From IMG/VR virus record IMGVR_UViG_3300027770_000025, positions 62,001 to 126,000 of that record: a stretch of 64,000 nucleotides of DNA. One strand, given 5' to 3'. The stretch's first letter is position 1, and each line of letters starts with the position of its first letter. The notes below the pieces were generated by a model that worked only from the letters and a program-made list of their open reading frames with translations, searched no databases and had not been told where the DNA came from. The position numbers and the translations under genes were made by a program. Shown here one piece after another: positions 39,569 through 50,205 of the stretch.

Positions 39569-40150
39569 CTAAGCTTTGATATTGAAGTACGCTAGATCAG
39601 CAGAGGTTGCTTGATCGATTGGCATCACCTTGGATACCGGTGATCCTGGATGGAAGCTTCTAATAACACCATTTGGATCCTGCTTGTATTCTACTGCCAT
39701 AAGTCCAATAGCAGGTGCTGTGTAGCTGCTGAATGCTAGTGGTTTGCTGGCTTTGTCAGGATTTAGTCTGGTATAGGATGGGTATGCATCTGCGTAGGTT
39801 GCTGGACCCCATTTACCATCTTTGTATATGACCCAAATCTGTTTACCATTTTGTGTCTTGGATAACGATACCTTGTAACCCTTATCTAGTAGATATCCAT
39901 ATGACATCACCGAGTCCTGGTCATCCTGTGGTACGAACATTGATTTGGGATACCATGACTTTAACCCACTATCTTCTCCTCCTGTGTTGGCATGTGATGA
40001 CTTCCATCTCTTAGTCTCTCCTGCATCTGATAACAGATACTTAGATCCTTGTGAGGTCTCGAAGTATGTTGTGATAGGAGATAGAGATGGTGACACCAGC
40101 TTCTTTGTGCTGTTGCTCTCGTATAGATTATATGACTTGATGTGTCTCAT
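39569..40150 (-). CDS. CTS-like-tagged hypothetical protein
   Basis: MRHIKSYNLYE. Confidence 0.75.
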   Translation of the reverse strand: MRHIKSYNLYESNSTKKLVSPSLSPITTYFETSQGSKYLLSDAGETKRWKSSHANTGGEDSGLKSWYPKSMFVPQDDQDSVMSYGYLLDKGYKVSLSKTQNGKQIWVIYKDGKWGPATYADAYPSYTRLNPDKASKPLAFSSYTAPAIGLMAVEYKQDPNGVIRSFHPGSPVSKVMPIDQATSADLAYFNIKA

Positions 40151-40224
40151 GATCTATATATTCCGGTTAATAGTGCGGATATATAAAATATTAAAAACAG
40201 AACAATAAAAAACAGAACAATAAA

Positions 40225-40554
40225 ATGGAAAGAATTATTAAAACTTATGAGAGCTTCTCCTACTCTCCAGAAAACTTGGGAGACGAGATGGACATTATTA
40301 GGTTTGATGCTGGAGATGAGAAGAAGCTATCAGCTTTAGCAAAAGCTTTAGACCACAGCATTGACTTGGTTAATCCTGATTGGGGAAAGAAGTATCTGGA
40401 TAAAGGACCTATCTACGTTATCAACTCCAAATACTATTATCAACCTTCGAATGGCAAATTGGTTTCTGATGGATCGGGTAAAGGAATTCCTTTTGATGTT
40501 CTTGTTGATGAAGTTGGGGATCAGATCTTAACATTGGATTCAGGGGACATTTAA
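40225..40554 (+). CDS. CTS-like-tagged hypothetical protein
   Basis: MERIIKTYESF. Confidence 0.7.
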   Translation: MERIIKTYESFSYSPENLGDEMDIIRFDAGDEKKLSALAKALDHSIDLVNPDWGKKYLDKGPIYVINSKYYYQPSNGKLVSDGSGKGIPFDVLVDEVGDQILTLDSGDI

Positions 40555-40560
40555 TTTTTT

Positions 40561-41400
40561 ATGGCTAGAGTACTTAACTTTGATCAATATGTTTCGTTGA
40601 GCGAGGGAGTGAGAACTGGAACTAGAAAGGTGCCAGTAAAGCACTTCATACTTGATGGTGCTTCTTCAGCAGGTAAAAGTTCTGCGTTGAAGGATCTGAA
40701 TGATTCTTGGTGTGTTTTAGCGGTTGATTCTTTTTATAACGTTATGTTTGAAGAGCTAGGAAATGAGGATTTTGGAAATTCAGACAAACAAACTATCTCT
40801 GAAATATATCCCGGATGTCCATATGGGTACTCCAAACCAGATGATCCCAACTGGGAGAAAGCTGCAAGATGGTACATGGCTCAGGAAGCAATGTACGGGA
40901 AGATCCTGAATGAGGGCTTAAAAGACGCCACTGGAAAAGTGTTCGGAAAGCCAGCTGACAAGGATAAAGTTATCTATGACGATGTGGAGGGAACCATTAT
41001 GGACATGTTTGGTGCCGGGGATAGACCTAAATGGCTGCTGGTTCATGCACCGATCGATCACACAATAGCTAATGTTAGGAGAAGAGGAGATAGACCTTTG
41101 GATGGTGTTCTTAAAAATTCCTACTGCTTTAAGTACATGGCTCTACCAGAACCTGGTGGAATTGATCCGGATATGTCATGGAGTTCTGATGATATTAGGG
41201 CTTTGCTTCCTGGTGAAGAATGGGTAGAAGAATTCTTAACAAAGCTTGGTGTCTCTGATGATGGAAGAAGATATTGGATTTACACTAAACCCCAGCCACA
41301 AGGAAAATATGACGCGATTATTAATACAAGAGACAGTAGAGGAAATCAAAAGTCAATAGAGCAGATTGCAAAAGAGGCCAAAATAAAATTCGATCAATGA
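40561..41400 (+). CDS. P-loop small-molecule kinase (chloramphenicol phosphotransferase-like) with CTS-like tag
   Basis: ILDGASSAGKSS, VDSF, VIYDDV, RRGDR. Confidence 0.65.
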   Translation: MARVLNFDQYVSLSEGVRTGTRKVPVKHFILDGASSAGKSSALKDLNDSWCVLAVDSFYNVMFEELGNEDFGNSDKQTISEIYPGCPYGYSKPDDPNWEKAARWYMAQEAMYGKILNEGLKDATGKVFGKPADKDKVIYDDVEGTIMDMFGAGDRPKWLLVHAPIDHTIANVRRRGDRPLDGVLKNSYCFKYMALPEPGGIDPDMSWSSDDIRALLPGEEWVEEFLTKLGVSDDGRRYWIYTKPQPQGKYDAIINTRDSRGNQKSIEQIAKEAKIKFDQ

Positions 41401-42119
41401 GACACATTAAATTATTTGAATCTTTTATAAATAAAAAAAATCCGACCTATAAAGAACCTGAGTATGAGTTTAAAGAGTTCTATCGTGCATTTAAGAGCTA
41501 TCCAGAACTAAGATCAATCTTACCGTCTGATATAGATCAGGAGATATTTGAAATAAAATCAGATGGATTTGGTGACGAACCTGAATGGCTAGAAAAACAC
41601 GTAGATCCGCCTAGTAAACCGGACGAGATCACAACAGAAGAGCTATTGGAGATTGCTGGTGATGAGGATCCCCGATTTATTCCCCTCATTATTTTCTGTA
41701 AGGAACTATTAGAATCAGGTAAGATGAAAAAAATCAATCTGGAATATATGCGTCAAGGATTAACTTCAAATTTTAAGAATCATGATTGGGCTATATTAAA
41801 AAAAGATCCGAATTATTTAGATAGCTGTGAGACTGAATATAATAAAGCTATTGATGCAGGATTAACTGATAAAATACTTACTACTACTACTGGGCTAGTT
41901 CAACAATATCCAGATATAAATATAGGCCACGCTCAAGTCTGGACTTATCTCGGGCGATCAATAGAGCACTTCAATAAGGTTGAAAAGAGTGGGGGAAAAT
42001 TACCTTGTACCCAGTTCATAGTGTATGAAGGAAATTATTATACTATAGGCGGAAGAAGAAGAATGTTTTGGCACTTTTATAATAATATAGATCCCACCGT
42101 ATGGTTAATGGATATCTAA
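41397..42119 (+). CDS. CTS-like-tagged hypothetical protein
   Basis: MRHIKLFESF. Confidence 0.7.
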   Translation: MRHIKLFESFINKKNPTYKEPEYEFKEFYRAFKSYPELRSILPSDIDQEIFEIKSDGFGDEPEWLEKHVDPPSKPDEITTEELLEIAGDEDPRFIPLIIFCKELLESGKMKKINLEYMRQGLTSNFKNHDWAILKKDPNYLDSCETEYNKAIDAGLTDKILTTTTGLVQQYPDINIGHAQVWTYLGRSIEHFNKVEKSGGKLPCTQFIVYEGNYYTIGGRRRMFWHFYNNIDPTVWLMDI

Positions 42120-42202
42120 ATCCACATTTGGTTATTATAATTTAAAGCAGACTTTGGTCTGCTTTTTTTATGGATATATAGAGCAGATAAAACGGGAGCA
42201 GC

Positions 42203-43081
42203 ATGAAGTACATTAAGCCATATCAGATATTCGAAGCCAGTGCATCAGCATCTGCACCAGCACTTACAGCGGAGCAGATAGAGTGGCTGGATAAATGTGT
42301 ACATGTAAGCTGGACTCTTAATCCACAAACAGGTCTTGTTGATGTGGATGGTGATTTCTATTGTGTAGATGAGGGTCTGACAGATTTTAAAGGGGTTAAG
42401 TTCGGGAAAGTGGGTGGGTATTTCAGTTGTGAGAAAAATGAGCTCACCTCACTGGTGGGAGCACCTAAGACCGTTAACGGTGATTTCTGGTGTCATGACA
42501 ATGAGCTCACCTCACTGGTGGGAGCACCTCAGACCGTTGGTGGGTATTTCGATTGTAGGGGCAATCAGCTCACCACACTGGTGGGAGCACCTCAGACGGT
42601 TGGTGGTTTCGATTGTGAAGGCAATCGTCTTACCTCACTTGATGGAGCACCACAAGAGGTTAAAGGGTATTTCGATTGTAGGGGCAATCAGCTCACCACA
42701 CTGGTGGGAGCACCTCAGAGCGTTGGTGGGGATTTCAATTGTGATAACAATCAGCTCACCACACTGGAGGGAGCACCTCAGACCGTTGGTGTGGATTTCT
42801 ATTGTAATGACAATGAGCTCACCACACTGGAGGGAGCACCTCAGACCGTTAAAGGGAGTTTCAATTGTGAGGGGAATCCAGTCTCTGAAAGCACTTTAAA
42901 AGCCATCTTTGCGCTAATGCGAAAAGGAATGGCTTATCAGCAGGCTCTAGAAAAACGCTGGCCGAAGATGAAAGATGTAGATAGGGTGCTAATGTATAAA
43001 CAAATGACTAATCTACCACCAGAAGAGATGAGAAAGTACAATGCGTTGGCTACCTATGCTAACATAAAGAGCTATTTATAA
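42203..43081 (+). CDS. 22-aa LRR protein 1 (7 GAP repeats), CTS-like tag
   Basis: Repeats xFxCxxNxLTSLxGAPQxVGG. Confidence 0.9.
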   Translation: MKYIKPYQIFEASASASAPALTAEQIEWLDKCVHVSWTLNPQTGLVDVDGDFYCVDEGLTDFKGVKFGKVGGYFSCEKNELTSLVGAPKTVNGDFWCHDNELTSLVGAPQTVGGYFDCRGNQLTTLVGAPQTVGGFDCEGNRLTSLDGAPQEVKGYFDCRGNQLTTLVGAPQSVGGDFNCDNNQLTTLEGAPQTVGVDFYCNDNELTTLEGAPQTVKGSFNCEGNPVSESTLKAIFALMRKGMAYQQALEKRWPKMKDVDRVLMYKQMTNLPPEEMRKYNALATYANIKSYL

Positions 43082-43095
43082 TTCACTATATCTCC

Positions 43096-43407
43096 TTAGA
43101 GTAGTCTTGAAGCTATCCTGTCCATGGCTTGGGCTAGCTCGTGATCCTTATCTGTGACCACATCTCCTGCGTCATGAGTTCTGAGCCAGCACTCCACCTC
43201 CTTATAGATGTTGGTCCATTTGGGATGGTGATCCATTTGGTTGCACACCTCTGCTACTTCGTTCATAAACTCCATGGCAACATTGAAATCTGCAAAAACG
43301 TATTTCTTGTACAGCGAGTTGTCGGCAGTAACCCACCCTTCTGTTTGAGTGATTGGCTTTAGTGTCTCCTGGATCTCAAACCCTCTATATTGCTGCAAGT
43401 GTCTCAT
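43096..43407 (-). CDS. phhB: Pterin-4a-carbinolamine dehydratase
   Basis: F.DF..AMEFMNEVA....QMDHHP.W.N.Y..V...L.THDAG.VT.KD..LA. Confidence 0.9.
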   Translation of the reverse strand: MRHLQQYRGFEIQETLKPITQTEGWVTADNSLYKKYVFADFNVAMEFMNEVAEVCNQMDHHPKWTNIYKEVECWLRTHDAGDVVTDKDHELAQAMDRIASRLL

Positions 43408-43523
43408 ACCGTTTGGGTGTATGTGTAGGTTTTTTTGAAATCAAACTTTAATATATACTAAAAACTAAATAAAAACTTACATATACACCTTGTTATGTGT
43501 TAGTAAAAAATAACTAACTAATT

Positions 43524-44000
43524 ATGAAATACCTAAAATTATTCGAAAATTTTATTTTGAATGAACTGACATCTTATCAACAAGCACCTGTCGAAGTAAA
43601 AGAATTTGCCGAGGGATTAAAATCACATTTAGAAGTAAATGGTTGCAGTGTTTTTGATGTTAAAGGACTATCTTTAGACGATGAAAGAAATCTAGTCTTT
43701 GATGAAAGACCCAAAGGAAAAAATATTATCTTTTCATTGAGTAATGAATTCAGTAACAAATACTTACCTGATGATGATTGTTTGAATGTTTATTACGAAA
43801 AGGGTAACGTTCAAGTAATTTCTTTGATTGTGGATTATTTGAAGGATTTTAATGAAAAAATAGGTAAAGCTACAAATGCTTCTGAAAGAACTGAAGGCTA
43901 TCGAAACGCGATGATAAATGATTATCTTATTTGGGATTTACTTGTCAAAAAAAGTGAAAAGCTTGTGAAGAACTACTCTGTTAAGTTCGTGGGTCGTTAA
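43524..44000 (+). CDS. CTS-like-tagged hypothetical protein
   Basis: MKYLKLFENFILNE. Confidence 0.7.
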   Translation: MKYLKLFENFILNELTSYQQAPVEVKEFAEGLKSHLEVNGCSVFDVKGLSLDDERNLVFDERPKGKNIIFSLSNEFSNKYLPDDDCLNVYYEKGNVQVISLIVDYLKDFNEKIGKATNASERTEGYRNAMINDYLIWDLLVKKSEKLVKNYSVKFVGR

Positions 44001-44173
44001 TTATTTTTTTATTACACATAACACTATATATCCTCTATTAGTTGCTCTATCTATAAGAGACGGAACATTATCTGCATCTATTTGGAGACCGGGCCTGGTT
44101 GTGGTAAAAGGCCGAAAAGGCCAGTTTTGAAATGCGATATATATAATAATTAAAATAATAAGAACAACCCAAT

Positions 44174-44647
44174 ATGAAAAAAGAAAAACTAAACGAATCA
44201 GCAGAAGCAGGTGCTATGTTTATTTCGCTACACCCTGATGACTATCACGGAGCGCCAGAGGTTGACACCGTATTTCCCTCTAGTATTCCTGGGGGGTTTT
44301 CCGGTGATGTGTTTCCGACAATTCCTAGCAAAGAAGAGGTTTTTAATGATTGGTTAGCAGCAGGATATAACGCTTTTGATACGGGCTGGGACGGTGATTT
44401 TGATAACCCGCATGAGGTAGAAGAGGGACAGAAGGAGACTTTTGAACTTTATGGCGATATGCCCCTTTATTATGCGACCTATATGATAGTTATGAATGAT
44501 GAACTAAATCCGCAAGAAATAATTGAGAATATAAATTATGATATACAGGAGGAATCTTATAATGGGAATAAGCTCGATCCTGATGATTTTGTTAAGCTTC
44601 TTAACGGTATACAGGGCATTATTGCTGCATATGTATTAACTAGATAA
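44174..44647 (+). CDS. Acidic late protein
   Basis: MKKEKLNES; GATATATA at 44136. Confidence 0.7.
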   Translation: MKKEKLNESAEAGAMFISLHPDDYHGAPEVDTVFPSSIPGGFSGDVFPTIPSKEEVFNDWLAAGYNAFDTGWDGDFDNPHEVEEGQKETFELYGDMPLYYATYMIVMNDELNPQEIIENINYDIQEESYNGNKLDPDDFVKLLNGIQGIIAAYVLTR

Positions 44648-44667
44648 TTATATAAATCTTAAATTTA

Positions 44668-45486
44668 ATGGAAAAAAAATTAAAATCTTTAGTTTTTAGA
44701 AATAAAACAGGAAGAAGGAGTCCATGGACTTGCAATTTTTATATTGGGTGTTCTAACTCATGCACATACTGCTGCTGTACGTATATTGTTAAACATTCAT
44801 GGTCATCTAGCGTTAAACTCATAAAGCACTTTATCAACGAATCGCATGCATTAGAGATTTTTGAAGAGGAGATAAAAGACAACCTAGCTTCATTACAGGA
44901 AAGGGGAAGACTTTTCTTCTCATTAACAACCGACGCAATGCTTCCCGAGACAAAAGAACTGACGTTTTCCGCTATGAGAATTTGTCATGATAATAATATT
45001 CCCTTTAAGGTTTTAACTAAATGTACAGATTGGGTAAATGGGGAATTCGTAAAAGAATTTGAGAATTCCGGAACAGTATGGGGTTTAGAACCTAAAATGG
45101 AACTTTTTGCTTTTGGCTTCTCCCTTACAGGTCATGATGAAATAGAGATTGGTGCAGGAACGAATGAGGATAGGGTAAAATCCCTTATTAAATTGAAAAA
45201 CCTCGGATTTAGAACGTTTATTAGTTTTGAACCTGTAATAGATTATGAATCCACTTTTTCAATAATGGAAAAATCCTATATGTACTGTGACTTCATGAGA
45301 ATAGGACTAATGAACGGGCCAACACGTGACAAGAATATAGATCGGGTAAAACTTCGTGGCTTCTTTGATCGTGTGAACGCTATGGTTAAATACGTTCCAG
45401 TTTATTGGGGGGATAGCATAATAACATATTTAGAAATAGATAGAGAAAATATGCCACAAAATTGTGTTATTGAAGAGATTTTCTAA
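44668..45486 (+). CDS. Radical SAM protein
   Basis: GCSNSCTYC (CxxxCxxC), LTK, SFEP. Confidence 0.8.
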   Translation: MEKKLKSLVFRNKTGRRSPWTCNFYIGCSNSCTYCCCTYIVKHSWSSSVKLIKHFINESHALEIFEEEIKDNLASLQERGRLFFSLTTDAMLPETKELTFSAMRICHDNNIPFKVLTKCTDWVNGEFVKEFENSGTVWGLEPKMELFAFGFSLTGHDEIEIGAGTNEDRVKSLIKLKNLGFRTFISFEPVIDYESTFSIMEKSYMYCDFMRIGLMNGPTRDKNIDRVKLRGFFDRVNAMVKYVPVYWGDSIITYLEIDRENMPQNCVIEEIF

Positions 45487-45489
45487 ATC

Positions 45490-46035
45490 GTGCATAGGGA
45501 TCTAATATTAGAACACGCAAAGAGATGGAGATCTATTGGGATCGATACTGTTTCTATTAAAGTTGAGGGAGAGCACAGATCAAAGAAGCTATACAGAAAA
45601 ACACTAAAGATAAGTGATGAAATATTGAATTCGCCTGATATGCTTTCCGAAGATTTTAATTTTCTTGGCATCTCACTCAGAAATTCAGGTATTTTTTGTC
45701 TTGATATAGAGGCGATTAATAATTCAGTTGATAATTTCTATTCTCTCCTGGCAGAAAGAGAAATAGATCCCAATTCTTTTTTAATGGAAACGAGCCTAAA
45801 TGGTGGACTTCATGCTTATTTCAGAACGGATGATTTGATAATAGAGAATAAACACTTTAATTTTCTGCATGGAATTCATTTTGATATATTAACCAGATTT
45901 AGAGTATTTACCTCGCCTTCAACCTTTAGCGGTAAGAAGTATGAATGGATAGGTACACATTTTGATCGCATCTCATCATTGAATCAGATTCCGAAATTTC
46001 CAGAAGAACTTCACGATCTTATATGTGATATATAA
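45490..46035 (+). CDS. Bifunctional primase/polymerase (Prim-Pol) N-terminal-like domain
   Basis: FCLDIE, ETSLNGGLHAYF, PS....YEW. Confidence 0.65.
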   Translation: MHRDLILEHAKRWRSIGIDTVSIKVEGEHRSKKLYRKTLKISDEILNSPDMLSEDFNFLGISLRNSGIFCLDIEAINNSVDNFYSLLAEREIDPNSFLMETSLNGGLHAYFRTDDLIIENKHFNFLHGIHFDILTRFRVFTSPSTFSGKKYEWIGTHFDRISSLNQIPKFPEELHDLICDI

Positions 46036-46061
46036 AGATGAAATAAAATACATTTAATTCA

Positions 46062-46304
46062 ATGAAAAATCTGATAAATTTTAAAAAATTTAGCTTAAAT
46101 GAGTCCGATCAAATCGAGAAATCTATTAATAACATTTCAGATTCTGCTCTTGATATTATTATAGATAAATGCGAGAGTGACGCACTTTTAGCTATAAAAG
46201 AAAATGTTCCTTATCTATATCAGGTGCTTTCAAAAAGATCACAATCTAGAGGAATAGACATTGATAAAATGGTTTCAGCAAAAGCTAAAATGAAATGGAT
46301 CTAG
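46062..46304 (+). CDS. Small CTS-like-tagged protein
   Basis: MKNLINFKKFSLNE. Confidence 0.7.
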   Translation: MKNLINFKKFSLNESDQIEKSINNISDSALDIIIDKCESDALLAIKENVPYLYQVLSKRSQSRGIDIDKMVSAKAKMKWI

Positions 46305-46390
46305 AATAGAGCACAAAGTTAATCAAAGCAGACATAAGTCTGCTTTTTTTGTGGTTTTATTTTTTTATCCCGTATAATTGACTTATCTTT

Positions 46391-46960
46391 ATGAAAAATT
46401 TAAAACTCAAAATAATGGAAAAATTAGATGGAATAAAAAAAGAAATGATTGATAGGCTTGGTCAAATATCTCCTATGCTTAGACGTGGAGATGAAAGAAG
46501 TAAAAAAATAGCAGGCATTGCAACACATTTGCATGCTTTGTCCTATATGGAGACAGGGGCAAGAAGAACCCGTTTACTTGAGGAGATATCTGATATCTAC
46601 AATGAAATGCAGGTAAAGTATAATCGTGAAATATACGAAGGATCAGGGGGAAAAATCGGATCAGGTAAAATGGTTGCTGCCACAGAAAAAGATCCAATAC
46701 ATGACATTGCAATAAAGAAAATATCAGGTATTGATGTAAATGGATTTAACACAATACAAATAAATATGGCTTTAATGCAGGACCCTATGTCCAGAATAGT
46801 ATTAGGGCAGTTTTACGGTGACGATAAAGCAGCAGACGAATTCTTTAATTTCGTATACCGATCTTTATGGACTTTGCTTCTTTGTTGCTACAGCAACAAG
46901 AGCTACGCAGAAAAAATAGAAAAGATTGTGTGCAAGTTTCCAGCACCTAGTTTAAACTAG
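46391..46960 (+). CDS. Hypothetical protein under an early-type promoter (true start probably 46415)
   Basis: ttttatttttttatcccg-N10-ttatcttta at 46356-46391. Confidence 0.65.
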   Translation: MKNLKLKIMEKLDGIKKEMIDRLGQISPMLRRGDERSKKIAGIATHLHALSYMETGARRTRLLEEISDIYNEMQVKYNREIYEGSGGKIGSGKMVAATEKDPIHDIAIKKISGIDVNGFNTIQINMALMQDPMSRIVLGQFYGDDKAADEFFNFVYRSLWTLLLCCYSNKSYAEKIEKIVCKFPAPSLN

Positions 46961-47022
46961 ATTTATGGTAATGTTACAAAAAAGCAGGAAATCACCTGCT
47001 TTTTTATGGATATATAATGGAC

Positions 47023-47472
47023 ATGAAGAATCTAAAGACCTATAGAATGTTTGAGAGTGTGATGGAGATGACTCAGTGGCGATTACTACAAACTTTCGAA
47101 GCATTTTCACCTTCTTTTCCAAAAAACAAACACATGAATTCTTTCTTCGGGCGGGAAGAATATAAAATAAAATTATTGACTACTATAGATGGAATTAAAG
47201 TTTATCTAATTAATTCTTCCATCTTAAGTCAAAAATTTCACGTGTGGAACACATATTTAGGTAGTCATCATTATGGTAAAAAAAGTTCTCATATTCCAGA
47301 GGATGAAATTTTTATATCTGATAAAACTCCCGAGAATGAAATTAAAAGAGTAATACTGCATGAGTATGTAGAAAGAGCTATAATGAAAGTTTTAGAAACA
47401 CAATATAATATGTCACCTGAACAAGCATGGGAAATAGCTCATTATTTTGTTAAGAATGATTTAGGTTTATAA
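47023..47472 (+). CDS. CTS-like-tagged protein, possible metal-binding HExxE motif
   Basis: MKNLKTYRMFESVME identical to next gene; ILHEYVE...AH. Confidence 0.7.
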   Translation: MKNLKTYRMFESVMEMTQWRLLQTFEAFSPSFPKNKHMNSFFGREEYKIKLLTTIDGIKVYLINSSILSQKFHVWNTYLGSHHYGKKSSHIPEDEIFISDKTPENEIKRVILHEYVERAIMKVLETQYNMSPEQAWEIAHYFVKNDLGL

Positions 47473-47489
47473 GGTAACCATATAAGAAG

Positions 47490-48548
47490 ATGAAGAATTT
47501 AAAGACCTATAGAATGTTTGAGAGTGTGATGGAGCCGACCCAGGAGCAGATCGGGTGGCTCGACAAATGTGTATATGGAAGCTGGAAGCTTAACACTTCT
47601 ACAGGGCTTGTAGATGTTGATGGGAATTTCAATTGTAACGAACAGGGTCTGACGGATCTTAAAGGTGTTAGATTCGGAGAAGTGAGCGAGGATTTCGATT
47701 GTGAAGACAATCGTCTCACCTCACTTGATGGAGCACCACAAGAGGTTAAAGGGAGTTTCAATTGTAATAGTAATCAGCTCACAAGTCTGGAGGGAGCACC
47801 TCAGGCTGTTAATGGGAGTTTCGATTGCCAGAATAATCAGCTCACAAGTCTGGTGGGAGCACCCCAGAAAGTTGGTGGGGCTTTCAGTTGTTATCGCAAT
47901 CGGCTCACCTCACTCGAGGGAGCACCTCAGACCGTTGGCGGGAGTTTCTATTGTAACGGCAATCAGCTCACAAGTCTTGAGGGAGCACCTCAGAGTGTTG
48001 ATGGTGATTTCGATTGTAGGAGCAATCAGCTCACCACCCTGGTGGGAGCAACTAAGACAGTTGGCAAGCATTTCATTTGTAGTCATAATCAGCTCACAAG
48101 TCTGGTGGGGGCACCTCAGAAAGTTGATGGGGATTTCACTTGTAAGAACAATGCTCTAACCTCACTGGTGGGAGCACCACAGACTGTTAATGAGTTTTTC
48201 AATTGTAGTGAGAATCAGCTCACAAGTCTTGAGGGAGCACCTCAGACCGTTGGTGGAAGTTTCTATTGTATAGATAATCAGCTCACAAGTCTTGAGGGAG
48301 CACCTCAGAAAGTTGGTGGTATTTTCCACTGTGAGGATAATCCAGTTACTGAGAAGACACTTAAAGAAATATTAGATTATATGGGAATGCGTAGATCCTA
48401 TCTAGATGTTGTTAAATCCCGATGGTACCTATTTCCCTTGGAGGATCAGGTGCTGTTATACAGACCTGATTTCGAGTGGATTGGAGCAGAAGAGAGAAGG
48501 AAGTTGGATGCTATGAAAACTTATACCAATATTAAAGGAATGATATAA
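47490..48548 (+). CDS. 22-aa LRR protein 2 (10 repeats), CTS-like tag
   Basis: Repeat pattern as in 42203. Confidence 0.9.
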   Translation: MKNLKTYRMFESVMEPTQEQIGWLDKCVYGSWKLNTSTGLVDVDGNFNCNEQGLTDLKGVRFGEVSEDFDCEDNRLTSLDGAPQEVKGSFNCNSNQLTSLEGAPQAVNGSFDCQNNQLTSLVGAPQKVGGAFSCYRNRLTSLEGAPQTVGGSFYCNGNQLTSLEGAPQSVDGDFDCRSNQLTTLVGATKTVGKHFICSHNQLTSLVGAPQKVDGDFTCKNNALTSLVGAPQTVNEFFNCSENQLTSLEGAPQTVGGSFYCIDNQLTSLEGAPQKVGGIFHCEDNPVTEKTLKEILDYMGMRRSYLDVVKSRWYLFPLEDQVLLYRPDFEWIGAEERRKLDAMKTYTNIKGMI

Positions 48549-48581
48549 TGATATATAAGACAATAAAAAAAACATAATAAA

Positions 48582-49262
48582 ATGAAAAACCTAAAAACGA
48601 TTACTATTTTCCTGTTTGCCACCTTATTAATAGCTGGGTGCTCAGACAGCGTACAAAAAGTGCAAACTGCCCAAGAGAACGAGGCTAAAGCCCTTAAAAT
48701 TCACGAAGGTGCTTTTGCTTTCTGTGGAGCATCTGCTGCAGTGCCTACAGGCAATAAGATCATTATTCAAGGCGTGGAGTTCGATGAAGGATGTGCTATC
48801 TGTCCAGTTCTAACAGGACCTTCCATCTCTAATCTAGACATGTATGGCAGTGGAGGTACTTGGGGAGATTTCGCAGTGGCGTCCAACTTTCAAACACCAG
48901 ACGGAACAGATAAAACAATCTGGAGCCTATTCTGGTACTTTGACACCACTACCACTATTCCTCAGTTCAACCCTGAAAGCAAGAAGTGGGAGTTATCTTC
49001 CCCAGTGAACAGATCATTTACAATTAACCTGGATTCACCAGCAACATCTGAGAGCAACATGTTTGCTATGCCTGGTGTGGTTTTTGATACCACTGAATCT
49101 GGAATTATCTTAGCTAAAGTTTATGGACCACTTAATGAAGCAGCAATTCCTTTGCGTAAAGCAGTAGCTGTTAAGAACGGGGAGACTTCAATAACTGCAG
49201 CAAAAGAAGGATTTCCCTACCCAGTAGGTACCCCAATCCCGACGATGCCAAAGAAAAAGTAA
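48582..49262 (+). CDS. Lipoprotein
   Basis: Signal peptide ending LLIAGC; GATATATA upstream. Confidence 0.75.
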   Translation: MKNLKTITIFLFATLLIAGCSDSVQKVQTAQENEAKALKIHEGAFAFCGASAAVPTGNKIIIQGVEFDEGCAICPVLTGPSISNLDMYGSGGTWGDFAVASNFQTPDGTDKTIWSLFWYFDTTTTIPQFNPESKKWELSSPVNRSFTINLDSPATSESNMFAMPGVVFDTTESGIILAKVYGPLNEAAIPLRKAVAVKNGETSITAAKEGFPYPVGTPIPTMPKKK

Positions 49263-49323
49263 ACACCACCAACATTAAATTAAAGCAGACAATTGTCTGC
49301 TTTTTTTGTGGATATATAAAATC

Positions 49324-50205
49324 ATGAAGCACGTTACCTCATACAACCTATTTGAATCAGAATCAGAACCAATCAGAAAGGTGTTCACCAGAGAGCAGCT
49401 TAGCTGGCTAGATAAATGCACAGAGAACTCCTGGAAATACAATCCATCTACAGGGCTTGTTGATGTGGATGGGGATTTCTATTGTAGCGGCCAGAATCTA
49501 CAAGATTTTAAAGGTGTCAGATTCGGGACAGTTGGAAGGGGTTTCAGTTGTAAGAATAATCAGCTCACCACACTGGAGGGAGCACCTCAGAGTGTTGGTG
49601 GGGATTTCAATTGTTATAATAATCAGCTCACCACACTGGAGGGAGCACCTCAGAGTGTTGGCAATAGTTTCAATTGTGATGACAATCAGCTCACCACACT
49701 AGTGGGAGCACCTCAGAGCGTTGGTGGGGGTTTCAGTTGTAAGAATAATCAGCTCACAAGTCTAATGGGAGCACCTCAGAGTGTTGGTGAGGATTTCGAT
49801 TGTGAGAATAATCAGCTCACGAGTCTTGAGGGAGCACCTCAGGCTGTTAATGGGCGTTTCAGTTGTAGGGATAATGAGCTCACCACACTAGTGGGAGCAC
49901 CTCAGAAAGTTAATGGGGCTTTCAGTTGTGTTGGCAATCAGCTCACGAGTCTGGTGGGAGCACCTCAAACGGTTGGTGAGATTTTCTATTGTGGTGGTAA
50001 TCCAGTCTCTGAATCAACTTTAAAAGTCATCTTTGCGCTAATTCGAAAAGGAATTGCTTATCAGCAGGCTCTAGAACAATACTGGCCGGAGATGGAAGAT
50101 GAAGATAGGGCGTTAATGTATAAACAAATGCCTAATCTACCACCAGAAGAAACAAGAAAATACAAGGCGTTGGCTAACTACAATAACATAAAGGGTTATT
50201 TATAA
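49324..50205 (+). CDS. 22-aa LRR protein 3 (7 repeats), CTS-like tag (start revised)
   Basis: MKHVTSYNLFE; repeats. Confidence 0.9.
   Translation: MKHVTSYNLFESESEPIRKVFTREQLSWLDKCTENSWKYNPSTGLVDVDGDFYCSGQNLQDFKGVRFGTVGRGFSCKNNQLTTLEGAPQSVGGDFNCYNNQLTTLEGAPQSVGNSFNCDDNQLTTLVGAPQSVGGGFSCKNNQLTSLMGAPQSVGEDFDCENNQLTSLEGAPQAVNGRFSCRDNELTTLVGAPQKVNGAFSCVGNQLTSLVGAPQTVGEIFYCGGNPVSESTLKVIFALIRKGIAYQQALEQYWPEMEDEDRALMYKQMPNLPPEETRKYKALANYNNIKGYL

Noticed and set aside
41397-42119. ParB/Srx-like assignment from YYTIGGRRR
   Set aside because: A single weak motif; not enough to call.
42414-49702. Alternative-frame repetitive ORFs (SSPHWWEHLR...) at 42414, 47701, 49457
   Set aside because: By-products of the 66-bp repeat; no own promoter or tag.
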